From: an uncultured Chromatiaceae bacterium
GTDB lineage: Bacteria; Pseudomonadota; Gammaproteobacteria; SZUA-140
Length of the DNA stretch: 64,000 nucleotides
Direction: 5' to 3'
NCBI GenBank assembly: GCA_964605155.1
Contig: CAZSAK010000016.1
Coordinates: forward strand, 2,935 to 66,934
Shown piece after piece: positions 18,884-28,664 of the stretch. The position numbers and the translations under genes are program-made. Numbering within the stretch: position 1 is the first letter of the stretch; every line of letters begins with the position of its first letter. The notes beneath the pieces were generated by a model. That model searched no databases, was not told the origin of the DNA, and was given only the letters and a program-made list of their open reading frames with translations.

Positions 18884-19777
18884 ATGCTTGTATTACAGCG
18901 CCTGAATAATCTATTACGTATGTGTATGTTACTGCTCTTGTGCCTGTGTATTCTGCCTATCATCCCTGTATTTGCGGCAAGCAATATTGATTACAGGCAA
19001 AACACGGAAGAATTGGATGAGGCGAATCAGGCTGAAGATGCTCCGGGAATGAGATTGGATCCAGTTATGTTTCGACTATCAACCGGGTTAACCCAATATA
19101 AGGAGATATTTGTTAATCCGGTGACATGGAGTGAGGAATTCAAGAATAATGATATGGAAATCATTTATCAGTTGAGTGTGAAAGTCCGTTTGTTTGACAT
19201 GAATTTGTATTTTGGCTATACACAGAATTCATTCTGGCAGGCTTTTAACAGCAGTAATTCTTCGCCATTCAGGGATACAGACTACAATCCGGATATATTT
19301 TACCGGATTCCTCCGGGATCATATCCGTTACAGAAGATTGGCATAGATGCGGGTATCGAGCATGAATCCAATGGACAATCATTGCCTTTTTCGCGCAGCT
19401 GGAACAGGGCCTATATGAGACCGTATTTCACTCGTTCGAATGATTTGTTTTATATAAAGCTGTGGTACCGGATTCCGGAGGATGAAAAGACATCAGTCCT
19501 GGATCCCACCGGAGATGATAATCCTGATATTCACCATTATTACGGGTATTCGGAACTGAATTATGTTTATTTATCCAATGGTATGCAGCGATTTCATATA
19601 ATGATGCGAGGCAATCCCGAGACAGGTAAAGGTGCAGTTAGACTGAGCTACGAAATGCCAAGTGGATCAAAGGATATGTATTACAGAATTTCTTTGTGGA
19701 GTGGATATGGCGAAAGTCTTTCAAATTACAATCAATCGATAACTCGACTTGCCATTGGCGTATCATTTTATCGGTAA
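18884..19777 (+). CDS. pldA: Outer-membrane phospholipase A (OMPLA).
   Basis: Signal peptide. YTQNSFWQ, catalytic H-x-S-N-G (HESNGQS) and the calcium-site region. Beta-barrel length fits. Confidence 0.85.
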   Translation: MLVLQRLNNLLRMCMLLLLCLCILPIIPVFAASNIDYRQNTEELDEANQAEDAPGMRLDPVMFRLSTGLTQYKEIFVNPVTWSEEFKNNDMEIIYQLSVKVRLFDMNLYFGYTQNSFWQAFNSSNSSPFRDTDYNPDIFYRIPPGSYPLQKIGIDAGIEHESNGQSLPFSRSWNRAYMRPYFTRSNDLFYIKLWYRIPEDEKTSVLDPTGDDNPDIHHYYGYSELNYVYLSNGMQRFHIMMRGNPETGKGAVRLSYEMPSGSKDMYYRISLWSGYGESLSNYNQSITRLAIGVSFYR

Positions 19778-19835
19778 GATGCGAAACACAGATCATGAAA
19801 GTATGCCTTTCTGGATATTCGGCCAGGCAATACGG

Positions 19836-20663
19836 TTATTGTGACCTGCGGTAGAGGATCAACGTCATATCATCAGGTTTGGATGGCTGGTCTATGGATG
19901 GGTGCAGCATACGATTATTACATTCCTCGATGAGCGATGTTGATGCCGCCTCCAGGGAACCCTTACGGGTACGCTCAATAATTTCACTCATCAATAAATT
20001 ATCGAATAGTCCATCAGTTGCAAGCACTACCGTATCGTAACGGGCGAGTGTCAAAGCCGGTCCGACTTCGATGTGCATTTCAGAACTCCCCAGCATGTTG
20101 GATACAAGATGGCGTTCTTCATGATGGATAGCTTCATCTTCATCAAGAATACCAGCCTGGACGGCGTAACCAACAGGGGAATGTGAAGTAGTCTGGAGTT
20201 TGATCTTACCTTTCTGACCGATAACAAGGATCATCGAATCACCTACATGATAAGGCCGAAGTATATTCCCGTTAATTTCAACTGCAGCCAATGTTGAGCC
20301 TGCGCCCACACCCAGGGAGTTGATCCTGAAACTGGCTTGCTCAATTCCATCAAGTATATTTTCACGTAATGATGAGTTCTGCAGGGAGGTGTTTTTTAAA
20401 GAACCATGAATCGATGTAATTGCCAATGCGGAGGCTTCCCTTGCAGAAGGCATTCCGCCCATACCATCGGCAACCACGAATACACCGGTGTGATTATTCA
20501 GGCAAAACAGGGCAGCCGAATCTTCATTTATCGTTTCCTTTTGTGGCGATCGATGCGTATATATGACAACCTCACCGGAACAACAGGTATGCATTTCACA
20601 TGAGGGCGCCATGTCGAAATTTGAATATATCTTGCTTTTCAGGACGGGGTGCGGGGCAGACAT
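19836..20663 (-). CDS. PP2C-family Ser/Thr protein phosphatase.
   Basis: NEDS...VADGMGG...TDGL...DD(M)T PP2C motifs. An alternative start at 20612 (MAPSCEMH...) is more typical in length. Confidence 0.8.
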   Translation of the reverse strand: MSAPHPVLKSKIYSNFDMAPSCEMHTCCSGEVVIYTHRSPQKETINEDSAALFCLNNHTGVFVVADGMGGMPSAREASALAITSIHGSLKNTSLQNSSLRENILDGIEQASFRINSLGVGAGSTLAAVEINGNILRPYHVGDSMILVIGQKGKIKLQTTSHSPVGYAVQAGILDEDEAIHHEERHLVSNMLGSSEMHIEVGPALTLARYDTVVLATDGLFDNLLMSEIIERTRKGSLEAASTSLIEECNNRMLHPSIDQPSKPDDMTLILYRRSQ

Positions 20664-20684
20664 ACAATTCTTGTTATAGTGATA

Positions 20685-21431
20685 TTATTGCCACTGCATG
20701 GTCTCGAGATATTCACGTAGTTGTCCTGCAGATCGGAATTTTTTCAGTATCAAGCTGCGTTTCAGTCCGCAACATATTGCCTTTATTTCGCTGGATTGCT
20801 TAAAGTAATGTTTCTGACCACCTATGGCATCATAAAAAATCCGGATGAGATCACAAACGTCATCATAAATATTGGCTCTTACCGGGGCCCCCCAGTGAAA
20901 CATATCAAGCAGTTTTAAATTATAACCAAGACCGTATTGCTGGATAATTATATTATCCATATGTAGATCACCATGGTATTCACCCATATGATGTATGTTT
21001 TCGATTCCCGATGCCAGTGCATGCAGCAGAAGCAGGCCATGAATTGCCGATATCCGTTTAGCCGGTTGTCGGTTGAGGTATGCGCTCATTATTTCACCTT
21101 CAACATAATCCGAGACCAGAAATGTTATCGGTATACGTTGGAAGATAATAGTTTCCTGGGTGAGATACTGGATCAAGATAGGACAGTGGCGGAGTTTATA
21201 CAGTTTGTTTGCGTAAAAACGTAATGCTGAATTATTAGGGTTTCTTTGCGGGAAAAAGAATTTCGCCGCACGCTCAATTCCGGTGATAAGTTCCCGGACC
21301 AGATAGACTTCACTTTCCCAGCCTTCTCCAAGTTTACCGATTACCTCGTACTTTTTTGCAAGTATACGGCCTGGCTGGAGGTTAAATGAATCGATGAATA
21401 TTTCTTTTCGATTTCTGGCCATTAGGGTCAT
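20685..21431 (-). CDS. Atypical protein kinase, RIO/Kdo-kinase-like fold (kinase domain only).
   Basis: G-loop GKLGEGWESEVY, lysine in AAKFF, catalytic loop HGDLHMDNIII (HGD type, as in RIO/Kdo/InaA kinases). Immediately upstream of the PP2C gene on the same strand. Confidence 0.65.
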   Translation of the reverse strand: MTLMARNRKEIFIDSFNLQPGRILAKKYEVIGKLGEGWESEVYLVRELITGIERAAKFFFPQRNPNNSALRFYANKLYKLRHCPILIQYLTQETIIFQRIPITFLVSDYVEGEIMSAYLNRQPAKRISAIHGLLLLHALASGIENIHHMGEYHGDLHMDNIIIQQYGLGYNLKLLDMFHWGAPVRANIYDDVCDLIRIFYDAIGGQKHYFKQSSEIKAICCGLKRSLILKKFRSAGQLREYLETMQWQ

Positions 21432-21615
21432 TATATATACGACTGATATAATTTTAAATACAGGTTATTCCGCGAAGGCATATTATCATACATAATATTA
21501 CATCCATGCCTGTATATAATGTTACAAATTGCATGTATCCAATCCCGACTAGATTAAGATCGGACAAAAGATATGGGAGAATGGAGATTGATATTAAAGA
21601 TAATTGAGGTGGAAT

Positions 21616-21879
21616 ATGACGAAATCGTTGTTTGATATAGATGAAATTCTCGAAAGCCTTAAACAACAGAGAGACGAACTCAAGTTGCAGCTTCAGCTTG
21701 CAAAGGCGGAAGCACGTGATGAATGGGAAAAAACAGAACATAAATTTGAGCAATTCAGGGGCAAAGCAGAAGCTGTGCGCGATGAAATCGGGGGAGCCTC
21801 AGAAGATGTGCTGGCCGCATTGAAAATGACAGCTGAAGAGATCAAGCATGGATATGACCGGGTTCGAAAAAAACTTTGA
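21616..21879 (+). CDS. Small coiled-coil protein (hypothetical), divergent from the kinase.
   Basis: GAGGTGG SD 8 nt upstream of the ATG. About 88 aa of charged heptad-like sequence (ELKLQLQLAKAEARDEWEKTEHKFEQFRGKAEAVRDE). Confidence 0.55.
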   Translation: MTKSLFDIDEILESLKQQRDELKLQLQLAKAEARDEWEKTEHKFEQFRGKAEAVRDEIGGASEDVLAALKMTAEEIKHGYDRVRKKL

Positions 21880-22390
21880 TCGAGACTAATGGAATTATTT
21901 GTATAAAAAACGGTGGAATTTATTGTGACCCCGTATAATAAGAAGGGCCGACTTTGGACGGCCCTGCAATCAAACCTCTATGCCCGGTTGCATCAAGTGA
22001 CGTAAATTATCCTGATCCTCTGAAATGGTTTTGTGATTCAGATTATAAATGATTGATGCCGTTTCCTATTCATTGGCGGAGGCGGATTTGTTATTGGTTA
22101 TTTTCTGGAGTGCGATTTTTTTCAGATATGCATGGATGATAGTGAAAATCCATCAGGGTATCCGTCATTGTATTGATAGGATTGGGCTATTCAATCATGT
22201 AATAGATACAAGTGCAGGTAATCCGAGAGTCCTATATGCGTTTATACCTTCTGAGTCACTGACAAAGGTCTCGGTGTAGTATGTAATCAGGCAATATGCC
22301 TTCTTCCCTCGTGTATGTATGAGGCACCATAGTTTACGTCACGATGAACACCCGCGACCCGGTCTTATGACGAGATAGGCCCTGATTACA

Positions 22391-22504
22391 TCAGGGAATG
22401 CCGGAAAGAATAAAAAAGGCTACGGCAAGTACGATGGGGACCGCAATGATTACATGAATAATGTCGCTTTTGCTGAATTTAATAGGCTTGTATTTACCAT
22501 GCAT
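22391..22504 (-). CDS. Candidate 37-aa single-TM small membrane protein.
   Basis: Strong SD GAGGAG 7 nt upstream of the ATG. MHGKYKPIKFSKSDIIHVIIAVPIVLAVAFFILSGIP. Not in the ORF track (<60 aa). Confidence 0.35.
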   Translation of the reverse strand: MHGKYKPIKFSKSDIIHVIIAVPIVLAVAFFILSGIP

Positions 22505-22749
22505 CTTGATAACTCCTCACAAATCAATTCTCGTGTTTATAACGATCGTTAATCTAAATCGTAAAGTAAGCATATTATTATAAACAGCTACTGGATTTCG
22601 CACCAAGGAAAGCATGCGCCGGTTGCCGATGGAATTTTGACGTATAATCCCTGCAGCTGTCTTATGTGTCCGGATAGGCTCTATATCCTTATAATAGCGT
22701 GGATTATGTGATATTCAAACTGTCGTCTGGTGTATCCATCTACCGTTTT

Positions 22750-23448
22750 TTAACGTCTACGAAACCGTGGGGGAGCGAACAAGCGCACTCCTTTGCGGCG
22801 AAACAATGGAATCATTGCCATGCCCATGGCAAATCCCCCGATATGCGCGCCAAAGGCCACACCGCCCTGGGTGCCGGAGAATACCGAGCTTATCAATTGC
22901 AGGACAAACCAGAATCCCAGCACAATGCCTGCTGGCAGTCGCATGGTATACAGAAAAAATCCCAGGGGAATTACAACCAGGATGCGTGCATGTGGAAACA
23001 AGAGTAAATATGCACCCAAAACCCCTGATATTGCGCCGCTTGCACCTACCATAGGTATGTCCGAGTGAGGGTCCGGGATGACCTGTGCGAAGACAGCTGC
23101 TGTTCCGCATAACAGATAAAAGAGGATGAACCGCCCATGGCCCATGACATCCTCAACATTATTACCGAAAATCCAGAGATAGAGCATATTGCCGATCAAA
23201 TGCAGCCACCCTCCATGCAGGAACATCGAGGTGAATATGGTAGCGACAGGGGGCACTATGGTCAGTTCGGGAGATAATGACTTGGAGTGAAACAACACTG
23301 AGGGGATTACTCCAAGGCTGAAGATCGATTGCTGTATGGCGGAACCCAGGGATACCTGCCATAAAAAAACTAATGTACAAAGTACAATCAGTGTAACTGT
23401 AACATATGGATTTAGATTCGTCGGGTTATCGTCGTGAAGCGGAATCAT
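22750..23448 (-). CDS. Rhomboid-family intramembrane serine protease.
   Basis: Six TM segments. GASGAISG (catalytic Ser) and AHIGGF (catalytic His). Confidence 0.85.
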   Translation of the reverse strand: MIPLHDDNPTNLNPYVTVTLIVLCTLVFLWQVSLGSAIQQSIFSLGVIPSVLFHSKSLSPELTIVPPVATIFTSMFLHGGWLHLIGNMLYLWIFGNNVEDVMGHGRFILFYLLCGTAAVFAQVIPDPHSDIPMVGASGAISGVLGAYLLLFPHARILVVIPLGFFLYTMRLPAGIVLGFWFVLQLISSVFSGTQGGVAFGAHIGGFAMGMAMIPLFRRKGVRLFAPPRFRRR

Positions 23449-23608
23449 TCTTCAATATTATTAATATAAAAGATGTATTCATAAAGCTGGATATATTAGC
23501 AGATAGAATTGTTAATTGACGGCTTTTCGTCAAGGAATATCACGAGAATACGATCACACAGGACTTTGAACATATATGAGGTGATGATCTATCACGAGGT
23601 ATATTGAA

Positions 23609-24010
23609 TTGCATAAGGCAGAGCAACGGGTTTTTGTTTACGGTACATTGCGCAAGGGCGGGGAAAATCATGCCTTACTGACCGGAAGTGAGAATCTCGG
23701 TATGGCCATGACGACCGGGAAATATACTATGCTTGATATGGGTGATTATCCGGCAGTTATTGATCAAGGTTTTCATGCCATCGTCGGAGAAGTTTATATG
23801 GTCTCCGGAGAAATCATAGCAAAACTCGATGTGCTTGAAGAATACCCGGATTATTATCAACGCATAATTATCTCCACTCCTTATGGTGATGCCTGGATAT
23901 ATGTGCTGAAAAATATGCCTGATCAACAGCTGCCCGAGGTCAATAGCGGTGATTGGATCGAGTACAAGATCCGCAGGTATGTTGGGATAAAGGATAAACC
24001 GGTATCCTGA
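23609..24010 (+). CDS. Gamma-glutamylcyclotransferase-like (AIG2/GGCT family) protein.
   Basis: VFVYGTLRKGGENHALL ... EEYP motif. Confidence 0.8.
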   Translation: MHKAEQRVFVYGTLRKGGENHALLTGSENLGMAMTTGKYTMLDMGDYPAVIDQGFHAIVGEVYMVSGEIIAKLDVLEEYPDYYQRIIISTPYGDAWIYVLKNMPDQQLPEVNSGDWIEYKIRRYVGIKDKPVS

Positions 24011-24130
24011 ACTAAACCAGCGATAGGCCTTACTCTTAGATGGACATGATGCAAGCAAACTAAAAAACTTAAGCTTGAGCGTCGCATTGCCGATAATATG
24101 GTGTAAGGAAAGCAGCATCATAGTGGCTTT

Positions 24131-24379
24131 ATGCAATACTCATATCCAAAACCGCAGGATGTGAATATCAGGATTCCAAGGCATTTAATCAAAGAGCGAT
24201 TCAATGCCGGTTTCCAGCATGCACTCCAAGGTGGTCAACTCAACAAAATAGAGCAGTTACGACTTTCGTTTCGTGAAGGTTATCGTGCCGGAAAACTGTA
24301 CCTGCGTGAATTGCGACGTTCACGTGGAATCCTGACATTCCCGGTACAAGGCAAATTAAAGATTAAAACTGCTATTTGA
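24131..24379 (+). CDS. Hypothetical basic protein, 82 aa.
   Basis: ORF with reasonable codon usage. No recognisable domain. Confidence 0.4.
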   Translation: MQYSYPKPQDVNIRIPRHLIKERFNAGFQHALQGGQLNKIEQLRLSFREGYRAGKLYLRELRRSRGILTFPVQGKLKIKTAI

Positions 24380-24484
24380 TCGCAGGGAACTGATTCTGAA
24401 TTGATATTTTGTAAGGTATTGTAATCAGCGTAGAAGATATCTATTCAATATACAGGACCTTTTGCAGTCTGGAATATGAATGTA

Positions 24485-25177
24485 CTATAAATGGATCCCG
24501 CATTCGGTTTTCGGAAAATTATTCCATCGACCACTACGATCATCGCCCGGTACAGTGCAATGTACACATCCTATCGATGAATAACCTTTCGCCACCAGCG
24601 GATGGAAAGGCAGATCATGATCCTTGATATACGCATCGCGTTCGTTCCTGGAGACGTCAATCAGCGGATAGAATTTGATTATATCATTACGATCTTCAAA
24701 GATATCCAGGGTTGAGCGATGGTCGCTTTGCCATCTCATCAGACCGGAAACCCATACATCATAATCTTTCTTTAAGGCATCAAGTGGCTCCACTTTATTA
24801 ATCGAGCAACACAGGTCCGGATCGCTTTTATAGGTTTGATCCTTTTCAGTGAATTCATGCTTCCAATCTTCAGCCCTGACATCAACAACATCAAGATTGA
24901 ATAATTCCGTCAGCCTGCGCTTGTATTCGAGTGTTTCCGGGAAATGGTATCCCGTATCAATGAAAAATATTTTTTGATCAGGTACGATCCTGGAGAAAAC
25001 ATGCAGCAAAAATGCAGATGTTGCAGCGAATGAAGAAGTGATCATCACCCTGTCGAGGGGGAAATCACTGTAAAGCTGACGCACACGCTCATCGATCGTT
25101 AGAGAATGATATTTTTCGTTCAGTGCCGCAACAGTGTGCTGCAGTTTATCATTATTCATTGCATTTTGTGGTGACAT
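24485..25177 (-). CDS. cysH: Phosphoadenosine phosphosulfate (PAPS/APS) reductase family protein, CysH-like.
   Basis: Collinear with E. coli CysH (ITSSFA..., FFIDTGYHFPETLEY, C-terminal ECGIHL). The track ORF extends to 25336; start MSPQNAM at 25177 is preferred. Confidence 0.7.
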   Translation of the reverse strand: MSPQNAMNNDKLQHTVAALNEKYHSLTIDERVRQLYSDFPLDRVMITSSFAATSAFLLHVFSRIVPDQKIFFIDTGYHFPETLEYKRRLTELFNLDVVDVRAEDWKHEFTEKDQTYKSDPDLCCSINKVEPLDALKKDYDVWVSGLMRWQSDHRSTLDIFEDRNDIIKFYPLIDVSRNERDAYIKDHDLPFHPLVAKGYSSIGCVHCTVPGDDRSGRWNNFPKTECGIHL

Positions 25178-25387
25178 AAAATCCGGTGAATTGCTGAGAA
25201 AAGTATCAGGCTGTATCGAACTGATTAAGCGTGCCCATTCTAACAAAAAATCCAGATTTTGTCTATAGTTAGCAATGCTGACTGAATGATTCGCGTGCGA
25301 GTCTGAATTCGATATTTGGTTGATTAATATAATCAAATATTCTGCCGATCTTGAATTTTAGGTCTAACGATATATTCGAGCACACGG

Positions 25388-26632
25388 ATGAAGACGAACA
25401 AACTGGTCAATGCCTCTATTTTGAAATCACTGGCACCGATCCGTGATATTCCCGAGAATGCCGTTGACGATCTTGCCGATCATACTTATTACGAAACACT
25501 TACCAAGGACGAATACCTGTTCACCAATGGTACAAATGATCCCTGGGCGTACTATATTTTAAGCGGAAATATTGATCTGATATATCCTGATGGCAGAGTG
25601 GAAGTATTATCGGGCGGCAGCACCGAGTCACAAGAACCGTTAGCGGATCTTAAACCGAGGCCTGCATCAGCGAAGGCCGCTAATGATGTCATTTTTATTC
25701 GCTTTAAATCCGATGATATAAGCGCCTTAAAGATTTCAGCTATTACAGAGTGCGTTTCGGTTGAAAGATCTTCAATTAATGAGGAGGACATAGAAGCTGA
25801 GCTTCTAAAAGAAATAGATCAAGCAAACAAAACGGACAAGCTGATCGTGCCCGGTTTTCCGGACATCGTCATGAAGGTGCAGGATGCCGTCAAGGATCCG
25901 GATGGTGATACTAACATGATCATCAGGCTGATACAGGCAGATCCATCGCTTGCCGCGCGAATCGTGCGTGTGGCCAATAGCCCAATATACCGTGGCCAGA
26001 ACACCATCACGAATTTACGTATGGCGGTTTCACGGCTCGGGATCAAGGTGACACGAGAAACTGTAATGAGTTTTTCTTTACAACAGGTCTTTACCGGCGA
26101 TATCCCCGCTTTGCACCAGAAAATGAATGAATTATGGCGATATAGCACAATGGTTGCTGCGATCAGCGCTATTTTGGCTCGTCTTGATCCAAAACTGGAT
26201 GCGGAACGGGCCTGGCTCGCCGGGTTGATACACAATATCGGCGCATTGCCGGTGCTTGCATATGCCGAAAATTACCCTCAATTGAGGGAGAATACTGAAC
26301 TTCTCGATACGATGATCTGTAAACTGAGCAGAAGGATCGGTGAGTCGGTGTTGCGTCGATGGCAATTTGATAGTGAATTCGTCACGGTCGTCAGGGATTG
26401 CCGTGACTGGATGCGTGATCCCGATCCCAGCACCGATTATTGTGATATCGTCCTGTTGGCCCAGTTATTTGCCTATCTCGAAACATCATCGATGGTGGAA
26501 TATCCCGCTATCAACATGGTACCTGCATACTCGAAACTCCCGTTTGGAAGACTCGGCCCAAAGATGACTGTCAAAGTGCTGAAGGAGGCCCGTGCTTATA
26601 CAGGCAAGATTCAACAAATCCTCCAGGGCTGA
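25388..26632 (+). CDS. HDOD-domain signalling protein with an N-terminal cNMP-binding-like region.
   Basis: C-terminal HDOD motifs (FPDIVMKVQDAV...DPSLAARIVRVANSPIYRGQNTITNLRMAVSRLG...LAGLIHNIGALP). Confidence 0.8.
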   Translation: MKTNKLVNASILKSLAPIRDIPENAVDDLADHTYYETLTKDEYLFTNGTNDPWAYYILSGNIDLIYPDGRVEVLSGGSTESQEPLADLKPRPASAKAANDVIFIRFKSDDISALKISAITECVSVERSSINEEDIEAELLKEIDQANKTDKLIVPGFPDIVMKVQDAVKDPDGDTNMIIRLIQADPSLAARIVRVANSPIYRGQNTITNLRMAVSRLGIKVTRETVMSFSLQQVFTGDIPALHQKMNELWRYSTMVAAISAILARLDPKLDAERAWLAGLIHNIGALPVLAYAENYPQLRENTELLDTMICKLSRRIGESVLRRWQFDSEFVTVVRDCRDWMRDPDPSTDYCDIVLLAQLFAYLETSSMVEYPAINMVPAYSKLPFGRLGPKMTVKVLKEARAYTGKIQQILQG

Positions 26633-26974
26633 TTGTGGGATAGCCCATAAAAAACAAAAAAAACAATATAAATCATTATGATATAACATTACACGGCGGC
26701 CATGGAGCTATAGATCCATGTCATTCTGCCGATATAGATATGTCCTTTATTGCATGGTCTGTTAGCTATCAGGTTGAGTTGTTGACGTCCGGACATACCG
26801 AAATACGGGTCTATGATCATGCAGGACCTTGGCAAGGAAAATAACAATTCATCCGATCATAAAGGCTAACGTGTATACAATACTTTTTATTGTTGGCCCG
26901 TGTAGTAAAGTATCGGTTTAACATCGTACAAATGTCATATCCATAACAATAATATTCCTTAGCGAGGTAAAGCC

Positions 26975-27310
26975 ATGGCTGAAAGACGCAAGTACAGACG
27001 AGAAGAAGTATTTGTTGATGCAGAGATATCATGTCCTGATTTCGGTAAATCCATCATGCAAGTACGTGATTTAGGTATGGGAGGTATCTATCTTGAAGCG
27101 GATGATGGACGTTTTCCCGCAGTTGGGACTGAGGTTGATGTCACATTACTGGTCCATATGGGTGGTGAGGACATTCATACTCTCAAGTCACGCGTTACCC
27201 GTGTGGATGCCGATGGGATTGCCTTGAAGTTTCTAAATGTTGATGTGCGATATTTATCTTTCCTTGAAAGGCTTCTGGATTACAAGGCAACCAAAATCAT
27301 TGTTGCCTGA
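26975..27310 (+). CDS. PilZ-domain c-di-GMP-binding protein.
   Basis: RRKYRREEV (RxxxR) and DLGMGGIYL (D/NxSxxG) motifs. Confidence 0.8.
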   Translation: MAERRKYRREEVFVDAEISCPDFGKSIMQVRDLGMGGIYLEADDGRFPAVGTEVDVTLLVHMGGEDIHTLKSRVTRVDADGIALKFLNVDVRYLSFLERLLDYKATKIIVA

Positions 27311-27399
27311 TACCCGATAACAGTCCTGAAAAGGCTGGCATATTAGCCGTGGTTGTACTGCGATTCTGGGTATTGTGTGACAGTATCCGGATTTATTCG

Positions 27400-28107
27400 T
27401 TAGTTGATGTGGCACTCTTCCCCAATCTTTTCCGGATAAATATCTCCAAAGTCAGTTACCTGTTTATATTCCGCAGCAGGGTCGATCTCTCCACTCCTTA
27501 CCAACCAGATGGTATGCATGCCGGCCTGGTGAGCTGCCTCAAGTTCTTGCTTGATATCCGATAAAAACAGGCAGTTCTTCGGTTTGACAGCTATCTCCTC
27601 GCTAATTCGCTGATAGGAATTCACAGAAGTTTTTGATCCGATCTTGGTATCGAAATAACCGCTGAAAAGCGGGTTCAGATCTCCATATTCAGTATTTCCG
27701 AAGAGAAGTTTTTGAGCATGTATGGAGCCTGAAGAAAAAACGTAGAGTCTGATATCATTATCGTTCCATTTTTTGAGATTGTGGACCGCATCTTCATAAA
27801 TGTGTCCATTGAAATGCCCATTCAGGTATCCCTGTTCCCATAATAATCCCTGTATCGTCTTGAGTGGTGTGATCTTTTTGTCATCGTCAATCCATTGAAT
27901 CAATGAACGGATTATTTGATTTATATCAGGGGATTCCTCACCGATAATATTCGCTGCTTCGTCAAGAGCCTGTCGAACTAGGATATCGTTTTCATGAGCG
28001 TGGATAAATTGCTCAATATTGTCTCGGGCATATGGAAAGAGGGTGTCCTTGACAAAGGCAAGCGATGAGGTTGTACCTTCAATGTCGGTAATGATGGCTT
28101 TTATCAT
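27400..28107 (-). CDS. mtnC: Enolase-phosphatase E1 (methionine salvage, HAD family).
   Basis: ITDIEGTTSS...; HAD motifs. Operon with mtnD and mtnB. Confidence 0.85.
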   Translation of the reverse strand: MIKAIITDIEGTTSSLAFVKDTLFPYARDNIEQFIHAHENDILVRQALDEAANIIGEESPDINQIIRSLIQWIDDDKKITPLKTIQGLLWEQGYLNGHFNGHIYEDAVHNLKKWNDNDIRLYVFSSGSIHAQKLLFGNTEYGDLNPLFSGYFDTKIGSKTSVNSYQRISEEIAVKPKNCLFLSDIKQELEAAHQAGMHTIWLVRSGEIDPAAEYKQVTDFGDIYPEKIGEECHIN

Positions 28108-28664
28108 GAATGTTGTGCGACAAACTCGTCAAAATCAGGGTAACGGGTTGCAATATCATTACCGGTAAAGTTGGCTTGCCAGCCGTCAGGCGTGGTGAAA
28201 AACCGGATACATTTGAATTGTGGGTGTTCGCCCATGTCAAACCAATGTGCTGTGAGGGCCGGGACTGTGATGAGATCACCCTTTTCACATAGAACAATGA
28301 ACACATGACCGTCGACATGCAAATAAAAAAGCCCTCGGCCATCTACAAAAAAGCGCACTTCGAAATCATCGTGCGTGTGTTCTGCAAGGAACTTTTGCCT
28401 GAATGTGGCTTTTTCCGGATGATCTGGATGCAGGCTGACCACATCGATGGTTTTAAAACCATATTGTTCAACAAGGCTGTCAACTGAAGAGCGAAATGCC
28501 TCGATAATTTGTTCCTGGGATAAGCTGTTGTTGAGTTCTTTTTCAGCGGTCCAGCGTTCGAATCCGACGTGGATCCCTGCAAGTCTGCGCGCGATTTCTG
28601 CCGGATCTGTTGTAGTTTCAAAGGCATCACTGGCCGTATCGGTATATATGCTTAATACGCTCAT
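28104..28664 (-). CDS. mtnD: Acireductone dioxygenase (ARD, cupin).
   Basis: Cupin His/Glu metal ligands (HxH...E...H). Collinear with ARD. Confidence 0.85.
   Translation of the reverse strand: MSVLSIYTDTASDAFETTTDPAEIARRLAGIHVGFERWTAEKELNNSLSQEQIIEAFRSSVDSLVEQYGFKTIDVVSLHPDHPEKATFRQKFLAEHTHDDFEVRFFVDGRGLFYLHVDGHVFIVLCEKGDLITVPALTAHWFDMGEHPQFKCIRFFTTPDGWQANFTGNDIATRYPDFDEFVAQHS

Noticed and set aside
22699-23110. Several plus- and minus-strand ORFs (22699-23007, 22757-23110, 22767-23054, 22793-23068) overlapping the rhomboid gene.
   Set aside because: The rhomboid ORF (22750-23448, minus) carries the catalytic GxSG and H motifs and six TMs. The others are overlapping frame shadows.
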